Assembly: GCF_009914755.1 (NCBI RefSeq) | Contig: NC_060943.1 | DNA: 64,000 bases | Reading direction: 5' to 3' (one strand) | Source of the DNA: the human T2T-CHM13v2.0 reference genome, Homo sapiens | In this document: in pieces, positions 27,601-40,480 of the stretch | Layout of the letters: each line of letters opens with the position of its first letter | Numbering within the stretch: the stretch's first letter is position 1 | Position numbers and translations under genes: made by a program | Notes under the pieces: generated by a model | What the model was told of the DNA's origin: nothing | Databases searched by the model: none | The model's input: the letters and a program-made list of their open reading frames with translations, nothing else

Positions 27601-30520
27601 TGCAAGTGGAGATTTCAGCCGCTTTGAGTTCAATGGTAGAATAGGAAATATCTTCCTATAGAAACTAGACAGAATGATTCTCAGAAACTCCTTTGTGATG
27701 TGTGCGTTCAACTCACAGAGTTCTACCTTTCTTTTCATAGAGCAGTTGGGAAACACTCTGTTTGTAAAGTCTGCAAGTGGATATTCAGACTTCTTTGAGG
27801 CCTTCGTTGGAAGCGGGATTTCTTCATATTCTGCTAGACAGAAGAATTCTCAGTAACTTCCTTGTGTTGTGTGTATTCAACTCACAGAGTTGAATGATCC
27901 TTTACACAGAACAGACTTGAAACACTCTTGTTGTGGAATTTGCAAGTGGAGAATTCAGCCGCTTTGAGGTCAACGGTAGAATAGGAAATATCTTCCTATA
28001 GAAACTAGACAGAATGATTCTCAGAAACTCCTTTGTGATGTGTGCGTTCAACTCACAGAGTTTAACCTTTCTTTTCATAGAGCAGTTAGGAAACACTCTG
28101 TTTGTAAAGTCTGCAAGTGGATATTCAGACATCCTTGAGGCTTTCGTTGGAAACGGGATTTCTTCATATTCTGCTAGAAAGAAGAATTCTCAGTAACTTC
28201 CTTGTGTTGTGTGTATTCAACTCACAGAGTTGAACGATCCTTTACACAGAACAGTCTTGAAACACTCTTTTTGTGGAATTTGCAAGTGGAGATTTCAGCC
28301 GCTTTGAGGTCAATGGTAGAATAGGAAATATCTTCCTATAGAAACTAGACAGAATGATTCTCAGAAACACCTTTGTGATGTGTGCGTTCAACTCACAGAG
28401 TTTAACCTTTCTTTTCATAGAGCACTTAGGAAACACTCTGTTTGTAAAGTCTGCAAGTGGATATTCAGCCATCTTTGAGGCCTTCGTTGGAAACGGGATT
28501 TCTTCATGTTCTGCTAGACAGAAGAATTCTCAGAAACTTCCTTGTGTTGTGTGTTTTCAACTCACAGAGTTGAACGATGCTTTACACAGAGTAGACTTGA
28601 AACACTCTTTTTGTGTAATTTGCAAGTGGAGATTTCAGCCGCTTTGAGGTCAATGGTAGAAAAGGAAATATCTTCGTATAAAAACTAGACAGAATGATTC
28701 TCAGAAACTCCTTTGAGATGTGTGCGTTCAACTCACAGAGTTTAACCTTTCTTTTCATAGAGCAGTTAGGAAACACTCTGTTTGTAAAGTCTGCAAGTGG
28801 ATATTCAGACCTCTTTGAGGCCTTCGTTGGAAACGGGATTTCTTCATATTCTTCTAGAGAGAAGAATTCTCAGTAACTTCATTGTGTTGTGTGTATTCAA
28901 CTCACAGATTTCAACGATCCTTTACACAGAGCAGACTTGAAACACTCTTTTTCTGGAATTTGCAAGTGGAAATTTCTGCCGCTTTGAGGTCAATGGTAGA
29001 ATAGGAAATATCTTCCTATAGAAACTAGACAGAATGATTCTCAGAAACTCCTTTGTGATGTGTGCGTTCAACTCACAGAGTTTAACCTTTCTTTTCATAG
29101 AGCAGTTAGGAAACACTCTGTTTGTAAAGTCTGCAAGTGGATATTCAGACCTCTTTGAGGCCTTCGTTGGAAACGGGATTTCTTCATATTATGCTAGACA
29201 GAAGAATTCTCAGTAACTTCATTGTGTTGTGTGTATTCAACTCACAGATTTCAACGATCCTTTACACAGAGCAGACTTGAAACACTCTTTTTCTGGAATT
29301 TGCAAGTGGAGATTTCAGCCGCTTTGAGGTCAATGGTAGAATAGGAAATATCTTCCTATAGAAACTAGACAGAATGATTCTCAGAAACTCCTTTGTGATG
29401 TGTGCGTTCAACTCACAGAGTTTAACCTTTCTTTTCATAGAGCAGTTAGGAAACACTCTGTTTGTAAAGTCTGCAAGTGGATATTCAGACCTCCTTGAGG
29501 CCTTCGTTGGAAACGGGATTTCTTCATATTATGCTAGACAGAAGAATTCTCAGTAACTTCCTTGTGTTGTGTGTATTCAACTCACAGAGTTGAACGATCC
29601 TTTACACTGAGCAGTCTTGAAACACTCTTTTTGTGGAATTTGCAAGTGGAGATTTCAGCCGCTTTGAGGTCAATGGTAGAATAGGAAATATCTTCCTATA
29701 GAAACTAGACAGAATGATTCTCAGAAACTCCTTTGTGATGTGTGCGTTCAACTCACAGAGTTTAACCTTTCTTTTCATAGAGCAGTTAGGAAACACTCTG
29801 TTTGTAAAGTCTGCAAGTGGATATTGAGACCTCCTTGAGGCCTTCGTTGGAAACGGGATTTCTTCATATGATGCTAGACAGAAGAATTCTCAGTAACTTC
29901 CTTGTGTTGTGTGTATTCAACTCACAGAGTTGAACGATCCTTTACACAGAGCAGACTTGAAACACTCTTTTTGTGGAATTTGCAAGTGGCGATTTCAGCC
30001 TCTTTGAGGTCAATGGTAGAATAGGAAATATCTTCCTATAGAAACTAGACAGAATGATTCTCAGAAACTCCTTTGTGATGTGTGCGTTCAGCTCACAGAG
30101 TTTAACCTTTCTTTTTATAGAGCAGTTAGGAAACACTCTGTTTGTAAAGTCTGCAAGTGGATATTCAGACCTCCTTGAGGCCTTCGTTGGAAACGGGATT
30201 TCTTCCTATTATGCTAGACAGAAGAATTCTCAGTAACTTCCTTGTGTTATGTGTATTCAACTCACAGAGTTGAATGATCCTTTACACAGAGCAGACTTGA
30301 AACACTCTTTTTGTGGAATTTGCAAGTGGAGATTTCAGCCGCTTTGAGTTCAATGGTAGAATAGGAAATATCTTCCTATAGAAACTAGACAGAATGATTC
30401 TCAGAAACTCCTTTGTGATGTGTGCGTTCAACTCACAGAGTTCAACCTTTCTTTTCATAGAGCAGTTGGGAAACGCTCTGTTTGTAAAGTCTGCAAATGG
30501 ATATTCAGACTTCTTTGAGG
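24610..30520 (+). repeat. ~5.9-kb block (17-18 dimers), copy A of a long-range direct duplication
   Basis: The dimer order and private SNVs match 39910-45480 at offset 15302 (GAATGGTTC, CAGTGGTAG, AATACCTTC, TGTGAATTC 27024/42326, TTCTACC), then offset 14962. Confidence 0.87.
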
Positions 30521-33500
30521 CCTTCGTTGGAAGCAGGATTTCTTCATATTCTGCTAGACAGAAGAATTCTCAGTAACTTCCTTGTGTTGTGTGTATTCAA
30601 CTCACAGAGTTGAACGATCCTTTACACAGAGCAGACTTGAAACACTCTTTTTGTGGAATTTGCAAGTGGAGATTTCAGCCGCTTTGAGGTCAATGGTAGA
30701 ATAGGAAATATCTTCCTATAGAAACTAGACAGAATGATTCTCAGAAACTCCTTTGTGATGTGTGCGTTCAACTCACAGAGTTTAACCTTTCTTTTCATAG
30801 AGCAGTTAGGAAACACTCTGTTTGTAAAGTCTGCAAGTGGATATTCAGACATCCTTTAGGCTTTCGTTGGAAACGGGATTTCTTCGTATTCTGCTAGAAA
30901 GAAGAATTCTCAGTAACTTCCTTGTGTTGTGTGTATTCAACTCACAGAGTTGAATGATCCTTTACACAGAACAGTCTTGAAACACTCTTTTTGTGGAATT
31001 TGCAAGTGGAGATTTCAGCCGCTTTGAGGTCAATGGTAGAATAGGAAATATCTTCCTATAGAAACTAGACAGAATGATTCTCAGAAACTCCTTTGTGATG
31101 TGTGCGTTCAACTCACAGAGTTTAACCTTTCTTTTTATAGAGCAGTTAGGAAACACTCTGTTTGTAAAGTCTGCAAGTGGATATTCAGACCTCCTTGAGG
31201 CCTTCTTTGGAAACGGGATTTCTTCCTATTATGCTAGACAGAAGAATTCTCAGTAACTTCCTTGTGTTGTGTGTATTCAACTCACAGAGTTGAATGATCC
31301 TTTACACAGAGCAGACTTGAAACACTCGTTTTGTGGAATTTGCAAGTGGAGATTTCAGCCGCTTTGAGTTCAATGGTAGAATAGGAAATATCTTCCTATA
31401 GAAACTAGACAGAATGATTCTCAGAAACTCCTTTGTGATGTGTGCGTTCAACTCACAGAGTTCAACCTTTCTTTTCATAGAGCAGTTGGGAAACGCTCTG
31501 TTTGTAAAGTCTGCAAATGGATATTCAGACTTCTTTGAGGCCTTCGTTGGAAGCAGGATTTCTTCATATTCTGCTAGACAGAAGAATTCTCAGTAACTTC
31601 CTTGTGTTGTGTGTATTCAACTCACAGAGTTGAACGATCCTTTACACAGAGCAGACTTGAAACACTCTTTTTGTGGAATTTGCAAGTGGAGATTTCAGCC
31701 GCTTTGAGGTCAATGGTAGAATAGGAAATATCTTCCTATAGAAACTAGACAGAATGATTCTCAGAAACTCCTTTGTGATGTGTGCGTTCAACTCACAGAG
31801 TTTAACCTTTCTTTTCATAGAGCAGTTAGGAAACACTCTGTTTGTAAAGTCTGCAAGTGGATATTCAGACCTCTTTGAGGCCTTCGTTGGAAACGGGATT
31901 TCTTCATATTATGCTAGACAGAAGAATTCTCAGTAACTTCATTGTGTTGTGTGTATTCAACTCACAGATTTCAACGATCCTTTACACAGAGCAGACTTGA
32001 AACACTCTTTTTCTGGAATTTGCAAGTGGAGATTTCAGCCGCTTTGAGGTCAATGGTAGAATAGGAAATATCTTCCTATAGAAACTAGACAGAATGATTC
32101 TCAGAAACTCCTTTGTGATGTGTGCGTTCAACTCACAGAGTTTAACCTTTCTTTTCATAGAGCAGTTAGGAAACACTCTGTTTGTAAAGTCTGCAAGTGG
32201 ATATTGAGACCTCCTTGAGGCCTTCGTTGGAAACGGGATTTCTTCATATGATGCTAGACAGAAGAATTCTCAGTAACTTCCTTGTGTTGTGTGTATTCAA
32301 CTCACAGAGTTGAACGATCCTTTACACAGAGCAGACTTGAAACACTCTTTTTGTGGAATTTGCAAGTGGCGATTTCAGCCTCTTTGAGGTCAATGGTAGA
32401 ATAGGAAATATCTTCCTATAGAAACTAGACAGAATGATTCTCAGAAACTCCTTTGTGATGTGTGCGTTCAGCTCACAGAGTTTAACCTTTCTTTTTATAG
32501 AGCAGTTAGGAAACACTCTGTTTGTAAAGTCTGCAAGTGGATATTCAGACCTCCTTGAGGCCTTCGTTGGAAACGGGATTTCTTCCTATTATGCTAGACA
32601 GAAGAATTCTCAGTAACTTCCTTGTGTTATGTGTATTCAACTCACAGAGTTGAATGATCCTTTACACAGAGCAGACTTGAAACACTCTTTTTGTGGAATT
32701 TGCAAGTGGAGATTTCAGCCGCTTTGAGTTCAATGGTAGAATAGGAAATATCTTCCTATAGAAACTAGACAGAATGATTCTCAGAAACTCCTTTGTGATG
32801 TGTGCGTTCAACTCACAGAGTTCAACCTTTCTTTTCATAGAGCAGTTGGGAAACGCTCTGTTTGTAAAGTCTGCAAATGGATATTCAGACTTCTTTGAGG
32901 CCTTCGTTGGAAGCAGGATTTCTTCATATTCTGCTAGACAGAAGAATTCTCAGTAACTTCCTTGTGTTGTGTGTATTCAACTCACAGAGTTGAACGATCC
33001 TTTACACAGAGCAGACTTGAAACACTCTTTTTGTGGAATTTGCAAGTGGAGATTTCAGCCGCTTTGAGGTCAATGGTAGAATAGGAAATATCTTCCTATA
33101 GAAACTAGACAGAATGATTCTCAGAAACTCCTTTGTGATGTGTGCGTTCAACTCACAGAGTTTAACCTTTCTTTTCATAGAGCAGTTAGGAAACACTCTG
33201 TTTGTAAAGTCTGCAAGTGGATATTCAGACATCCTTTAGGCTTTCGTTGGAAACGGGATTTCTTCGTATTCTGCTAGAAAGAAGAATTCTCAGTAACTTC
33301 CTTGTGTTGTGTGTATTCAACTCACAGAGTTGAATGATCCTTTACACAGAACAGTCTTGAAACACTCTTTTTGTGGAATTTGCAAGTGGAGATTTCAGCC
33401 GCTTTGAGGTCAATGGTAGAATAGGAAATATCTTCCTATAGAAACTAGACAGAATGATTCTCAGAAACTCCTTTGTGATGTGTGCGTTCAACTCACAGAG

Positions 33501-34230
33501 TTTAACCTTTCTTTTTATAGAGCAGTTAGGAAACACTCTGTTTGTAAAGTCTGCAAGTGGATATTCAGACCTCCTTGAGGCCTTCTTTGGAAACGGGATT
33601 TCTTCCTATTATGCTAGACAGAAGAATTCTCAGTAACTTCCTTGTGTTGTGTGTATTCAACTCACAGAGTTGAATGATCCTTTACACAGAGCAGACTTGA
33701 AACACTCTTTTTGTGGAATTTGCAAGTGGAGATTTCAGCCGCTTTGAGTTCAATGGTAGAATAGGAAATATCTTCCTATAGAAACTAGACAGAATGATTC
33801 TCAGAAACTCCTTTGTGATGTGTGCGTTCAACTCACAGAGTTCAACCTTTCTTTTCATAGAGCAGTTGGGAAACGCTCTGTTTGTAAAGTCTGCAAATGG
33901 ATATTCAGACTTCTTTGAGGCCTTCGTTGGAAGCAGGATTTCTTCATATTCTGCTAGACAGAAGAATTCTCAGTAACTTCCTTGTGTTGTGTGTATTCAA
34001 CTCACAGAGTTGAACGATCCTTTACACAGAGCAGACTTGAAACACTCTTTTTGTGGAATTTGCAAGTGGAGATTTCAGCCGCTTTGAGGTCAATGGTAGA
34101 ATAGGAAATATCTTCCTATAGAAACTAGACAGAATGATTCTCAGAAACTCCTTTGTGATGTGTGCGTTCAACTCACAGAGTTTAACCTTTCTTTTCATAG
34201 AGCAGTTAGGAAACACTCTGTTTGTAAAGT
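29030..34230 (+). repeat. Tandem duplication of ~8 dimers; offset 2720 bp then 2380 bp (second copy lacks one dimer)
   Basis: Markers shared at +2380: ATATTGAGAC (29821/32201), TTCAGCTC (~30091/32471), GTGTTAT (~30249/32629), ATCCTTTAGG (30851/33231). The upstream CTTCATTG/AGATTTCAAC dimer is shared at +2720. Confidence 0.88.
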
Positions 34231-36399
34231 CCGCAAGTGGATATTCAGACATCCTTGAGGCTTTCGTTGGAAACGGGATTTCTTCATATTCTGCTAGAAA
34301 GAAGAATTCTCAGTAACTTCCTTGTGTTGTGTGTATTCAACTCACAGAGTTGAATGATCCTTTACACAGAACAGTCTTGAAACACTCTTTTTGTGGAATT
34401 TGCAAGTGGAGATTTCAGCCGCTTTGAGGTCAATGGTAGAATAGGAAATATCTTCCTATACAAACTAGACAGAATGATTCTCAGAAACTCCTTTGTGATG
34501 TGTGCGTTCAACTCACAGAGTTTAACCTTTCTTTTCATAGAGCAGTTAGGAAACACTCTGTTTGTAAAGTCTGCAAGTGGATATTCAGACATCTTTGAGG
34601 CTTTCGTTGGAAACGGGATTTCTTCATATTCTGCTAGACAGAAGAATTCTCAGAAACTTCGTTGTGTTGTGTGTTTTCAACTCACAGAGTTCAACGATCC
34701 TTTACGCAGAGTAGACTTGAAACACTCTTTTTGTGGAATTGGCAGGGTGGAGATTTCAGCCGCTTTGAGGTCAATGGTAGAAAAGGAAATATCTTCGTAT
34801 AAAAACTAGAGAGAGTGATTCTCAGAAACTCCTTTGTGATGTCTGCGTTCAACTCACAGAGTTTAAACTTTCTTTTCATAGAGCAGTTAGGAAACACTCT
34901 GTTTGTAAAGTCTGCAAGTGGATATTCAGACCTCCTTGAGGCCTTCGTTGGAAACGGGATTTCTTCATATTCTGCTATACAGAAGAATTCTCAGAAACTT
35001 CCTTGTGTTGTGTGTATTCAACTCACAGAGTTGAACGATTGTTTACACAGAGCAGACTTGAGACACTCTTTTTGTGGAATTTGTAAGTGGAGATTTCAGC
35101 CGCTTTGAGGTCAATGGTAGAAAAGGAAATATCTTCATATAAAAACTAGACAGAATGATTCTCAGAAACTCCTTTGTGATGTGTGCGTTCAACTCACAGA
35201 GTTTAACCTTTCTTTTCATAGAGCAGTTAGGAAACACTCTGTTTGTAAAGTCTGCAAGTGGATATTCAGACCTCTTTGAGGCCTTCGTTGGAAACGGGAT
35301 TTCTTCATATTATGCTAGACAGAAGAATTCTCAGTAACTTCCTTGTGTTGTGTGTATTCAACTCACAGAGTTGAACGATCCTTTACACAGAGCAGACTTG
35401 AAACACTCTTTTTGTGGAATTTGCAAGTGGAGATTTCAGCCGCTTTGAGGTCAATGGTAGAAAAGGAAATATCTTCGTATAAAAACTAGACAGAATGATT
35501 CTCAGAAACTCCTTTGTGATGTGTGCATTCAACTCACAGAGTTTAACCTTTCTTTTCACAGAGCAGTTAGGAAACACTCTGTTTGTAAAGTCTGCAAGTG
35601 GATATTCAGACCTCCTTGAGGCCTTCGTTGGAAACGGGATTTCTTCATATTATGCTAGACAGAAGAATTCTCAGTAACTTCCTTTTGTTGTGTGTATTCA
35701 ACTCACAGAGTTGAACGATCCTTTACACAGAGCAGACTTGAAACACTCTTTTTGTGGAATTTGCAAGTGGAGATTTCAGCCGCTTTGAGGTCAATGGTAG
35801 AATAGGAAATATCTTTCTATAGAAACTAGACAGAATGATTCTGAGAAACTCCTTTGTGATGTGTGCGTTCAACTCACAGAGTTTAACCTTTCTTTTCATA
35901 GAGCAGTTGGGAAACACTCCGTTTGTAAACTCTGCAAGTGGATATTCAGACCTCCTTGAGGCCTTCGTTGGAAACGGGATTTCTTCATATTATGCTAGAC
36001 AGAAGAATTCTCAGTAACTTCCTTGTGTTGTGTGTATTCAACTCACAGGGTTGAACGATCCTTTACACAGAGCAGACTTGAAACACTCTTTTTGTGGAAT
36101 TTGCAAGTGGCGATTTCAGCCTCTTTGAGGTCAATGGTAGAATAGGAAATATCTTCCTATAGAAACTAGACAGAATGATTCTCAGAAACTCCTTTGTGAT
36201 GTGTGCGTTCAACTCACAGAGTTTAACCTTTCTTTTTATAGAGCAGTTAGGAAACACTCTGTTTGTAAAGTCTGCAAGTGGATATTCAGACCTCCTTGAG
36301 GCCTTCTTTGGAAACGGGATTTCTTCCTATTATGCTAGACAGAAGAATTCTCAGTAACTTCCTTGTGTTGTGTGTATTCAACTCACAGAGTTGAATGAT

Positions 36400-39300
36400 C
36401 CTTTACACAGAGCAGACTTGAAACACTCGTTTTGTGGAATTTGCAAGTGGAGATTTCAGCCGCTTTGAGGTCAATGGTAGAATAGGAAATATCTTCCTAT
36501 AGAAACTAGACAGAATGATTCTCAGAAACTCCTTTGTGATGTGTGCGTTCAACTCACAGAGTTTAACCTTTCTTTTCATAGAGCAGTTAGGAAACACTCT
36601 GTTTGTAAAGTCTGCAAGTGGATATTCAGACATCTTTGAGGCCTTCGTTGGAAAAGGGATTTCTTCATGTTCTGCTAGACAGAAGAATTCTCAGAAACTT
36701 CCTTGTGTTGTGTGTTTTCAACTCACAGAGTTGAACAATGCTTTACACAGAGTAGACTTGAAACACTCTTTTTGTGTAATTAGCAAGTGGAGATTTCAGC
36801 CGCTTTGAAGTCAATGGTAGAAAAGTAAATATCTTCGTATAAAAACTAGACAGAATGATTCTCAGAAACTCCTTTGTGATGTGTGCGTTCAACTCACAGA
36901 GTTTAACCTTTCTTTTCATAGAGCAGTTAGGAAACACTCTGTTTGTAAAGTCTGCAAGTGGATATTCAGACCTCTTTGAGGCCTTCGTTGGAAACGGGAT
37001 TTCTTCATATTATGCTAGACAGAAGAATTCTCAGTAACTTCATTGTGTTGTGTGTATTCAACTCACAGATTTCAACGATCCTTTACACAGAGCAGACTTG
37101 AAACACTCTTTTTCTGGAATTTGCAAGTGGAGATTTCAGCCGCTTTGAGGTCAATGGTAGAATAGGAAATATCTTCCTATAGAAACTAGACAGAATGATT
37201 CTCAGAAACTCCTTTGTGATGTGTGCGTTCAACTTACAGAGTTTAACCTTTCTTTTCATAGAGCAGTTAGGAAACACTCTGTTTGTAAAGTCTGCAAGTG
37301 GATATTCAGACCTCTTTGAGGCCTTCGTTGGAAACGGGATTTCTTCATACTATGCTAGACAGAAGAATTCTCAGTAACTTCCTTGTGTTGTGTGTATTCA
37401 ACTCACAGAGTTGAACGATCCTTTACACAGAGCAGACTTGAAACACTCTTTTTGTGGAATTTGCAAGTGGAGATTTCAGCCGCTTTGAGGTCAATGGTAG
37501 AAAAGGAAATATCTTCGTATAAAAACTAGACAGAATGATTCTCAGAAACTCCTTTGTGATGTGTGCATTCAACTCACAGAGTTTAACCTTTCTTTTCACA
37601 GAGCAGTTAGGAAACACTCTGTTTGTAAAGTCTGCAAGTGGATATTCAGACCTCCTTGAGGCCTTCGTTGGAAACGGGATTTCTTCATATTATGCTAGAC
37701 AGAAGAATTCTCAGTAACTTCCTTGTGTTGTGTGTATTCAACTCACAGAGTTGAACGATCCTTTACACAGAGCAGACTTGAAACACTCTTTTTGTGGAAT
37801 TTGCAAGTGGAGATTTCAGCCGCTTTGAGGTCAATGGTAGAATAGGAAATATCTTTCTATAGAAACTAGACAGAATGATTCTGAGAAACTCCTTTGTGAT
37901 GTGTGCGTTCAACTCACAGAGTTTAACCTTTCTTTTCATAGAGCAGTTTGGAAACACTCCGTTTGTAAACTCTGCAAGTGGATATTCAGACCTCCTTGAG
38001 ACCTTCCTTGGAAACGGGATTTCTTCATATTATGCTAGACAGAAGAATTCTCAGTAACTTCCTTGTGTTGTGTGTATTCAACTCACAGGGTTGAACGATC
38101 CTTTACACAGAGCAGACTTGAAACACTCTTTTTGTGGAATTTGCAAGTGGCGATTTCAGCCTCTTTGAGGTCAATGGTAGAATAGGAAATATCTTCCTAT
38201 AGAAACTAGACAGAATGATTCTCAGAAACTCCTTTGTGATGTGTGCGTTCAACTCACAGAGTTTAACCTTTCTTTTTATAGAGCAGTTAGGAAACACTCT
38301 GTTTGTAAAGTCTGCAAGTGGATATTCAGACCTCCTTGAGGCCTTCTTTGGAAACGGGATTTCTTCCTATTATGCTAGACAGAAGAATTCTCAGTAACTT
38401 TCTTGTGTTGTGTGTATTCAACTCACAGAGTTGAATGATCCTTTACACAGAGCAGACTTGAAACACTCGTTTTGTGGAATTTGCAAGTGGAGATTTCAGC
38501 CGCTTTGAGGTCAATGGTAGAATAGGAAATATCTTCCTATAGAAACTAGACAGAATGATTCTCAGAAACTCCTTTGTGATGTGTGCGTTCAACTCACAGA
38601 GTTTAACCTTTCTTTTCATAGAGCAGTTAGGAAACACTCTGTTTGTAAAGTCTGCAAGTGGATATTCAGACATCTTTGAGGCCTTCGTTGGAAAAGGGAT
38701 TTCTTCATGTTCTGCTAGACAGAAGAATTCTCAGAAACTTCCTTGTGTTGTGTGTTTTCAACTCACAGAGTTGAACAATGCTTTACACAGAGTAGACTTG
38801 AAACACTCTTTTTGTGTAATTAGCAAGTGGAGATTTCAGCCGCTTTGAAGTCAATGGTAGAAAAGTAAATATCTTCGTATAAAAACTAGACAGAATGATT
38901 CTCAGAAACTCCTTTGTGATGTGTGCGTTCAACTCACAGAGTTTAACCTTTCTTTTCATAGAGCAGTTAGGAAACACTCTGTTTGTAAAGTCTGCAAGTG
39001 GATATTCAGACCTCTTTGAGGCCTTCGTTGGAAACGGGATTTCTTCATATTATGCTAGACAGAAGAATTCTCAGTAACTTCATTGTGTTGTGTGTATTCA
39101 ACTCACAGATTTCAACGATCCTTTACACAGAGCAGACTTGAAACACTCTTTTTCTGGAATTTGCAAGTGGAGATTTCAGCCGCTTTGAGGTCAATGGTAG
39201 AATAGGAAATATCTTCCTATAGAAACTAGACAGAATGATTCTCAGAAACTCCTTTGTGATGTGTGCGTTCAACTCACAGAGTTTAACCTTTCTTTTCATA

Positions 39301-40480
39301 GAGCAGTTAGGAAACACTCTGTTTGTAAAGTCTGCAAGTGGATATTCAGACCTCTTTGAGGCCTTCGTTGGAAACGGGATTTCTTCATATTATGCTAGAC
39401 AGAAGAATTCTCAGTAACTTCCTTGTGTTGTGTGTATTCAACTCACAGAGTTGAACGATCCTTTACACAGAGCAGACTTGAAACACTCTTTTTGTGGAAT
39501 TTGCAAGTGGAGATTTCAGCCGCTTTGAGGTCAATGGTAGAAAAGGAAATATCTTCGTATAAAAACTAGACAGAATGATTCTCAGAAACTCCTTTGTGAT
39601 GTGTGCATTCAACTCACAGAGTTTAACCTTTCTTTTCACAGAGCAGTTAGGAAACACTCTGTTTGTAAAGTCTGCAAGTGGATATTCAGACCTCCTTGAG
39701 GCCTTCGTTGGAAACGGGATTTCTTCATATTATGCTAGACAGAAGAATTCTCAGTAACTTCCTTGTGTTGTGTGTATTCAACTCACAGAGTTGAACGATC
39801 CTTTACACAGAGCAGACTTGAAACACTCTTTTTGTGGAATTTGCAAGTGGAGATTTCAGCCGCTTTGAGGTCAATGGTAGAATAGGAAATATCTTTCTAT
39901 AGAAACTAGACAGAATGATTCTGAGAAACTCCTTTGTGATGTGTGCGTTCAACTCACAGAGTTTAACCTTTCTTTTCATAGAGCAGTTTGGAAACACTCC
40001 GTTTGTAAACTCTGCAAGTGGATATTCAGACCTCCTTGAGGCCTTCCTTGGAAACGGGATTTCTTCATATTATGCTAGACAGAAGAATTCTCAGTAACTT
40101 CCTTGTGTTGTGTGTATTCAACTCACAGGGTTGAACGATCCTTTACACAGAGCAGACTTGAAACACTCTTTTTGTGGAATTTGCAAGTGGCGATTTCAGC
40201 CTCTTTGAGGTCAATGGTAGAATAGGAAATATCTTCCTATAGAAACTAGACAGAATGATTCTCAGAAACTCCTTTGTGATGTGTGCGTTCAACTCACAGA
40301 GTTTAACCTTTCTTTTTATAGAGCAGTTAGGAAACACTCTGTTTGTAAAGTCTGCAAGTGGATATTCAGAACTCCTTGAGGCCTTCTTTGGAAACGGGAT
40401 TTCTTCCTATTATGCTAGACAGAAGAATTCTCAGTAACTTTCTTGTGTTGTGTGTATTCAACTCACAGAGTTGAATGATC
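36400..40480 (+). repeat. Recent tandem duplication, 2040-bp unit (6 dimers / 12 monomers) x2, preceded by an older partial paralog (~35150-36400)
   Basis: Markers at +2040: CTCGTTTT (~36429/38469), GGAAAAGGG (~36655/38695), ATTAGCAAG (~36781/38821), AAAAGTAAAT (36821/38861), TTCCTTGG (~38007/40047), AACTTTCT (~38401/40441). Confidence 0.9.

Noticed and set aside
34393-34809. Longest ORF (138 aa) as a candidate gene
   Set aside because: It arises from a single TAG>TAC change plus the 1-bp insertion monomer joining satellite frames; there is no evidence of coding constraint.
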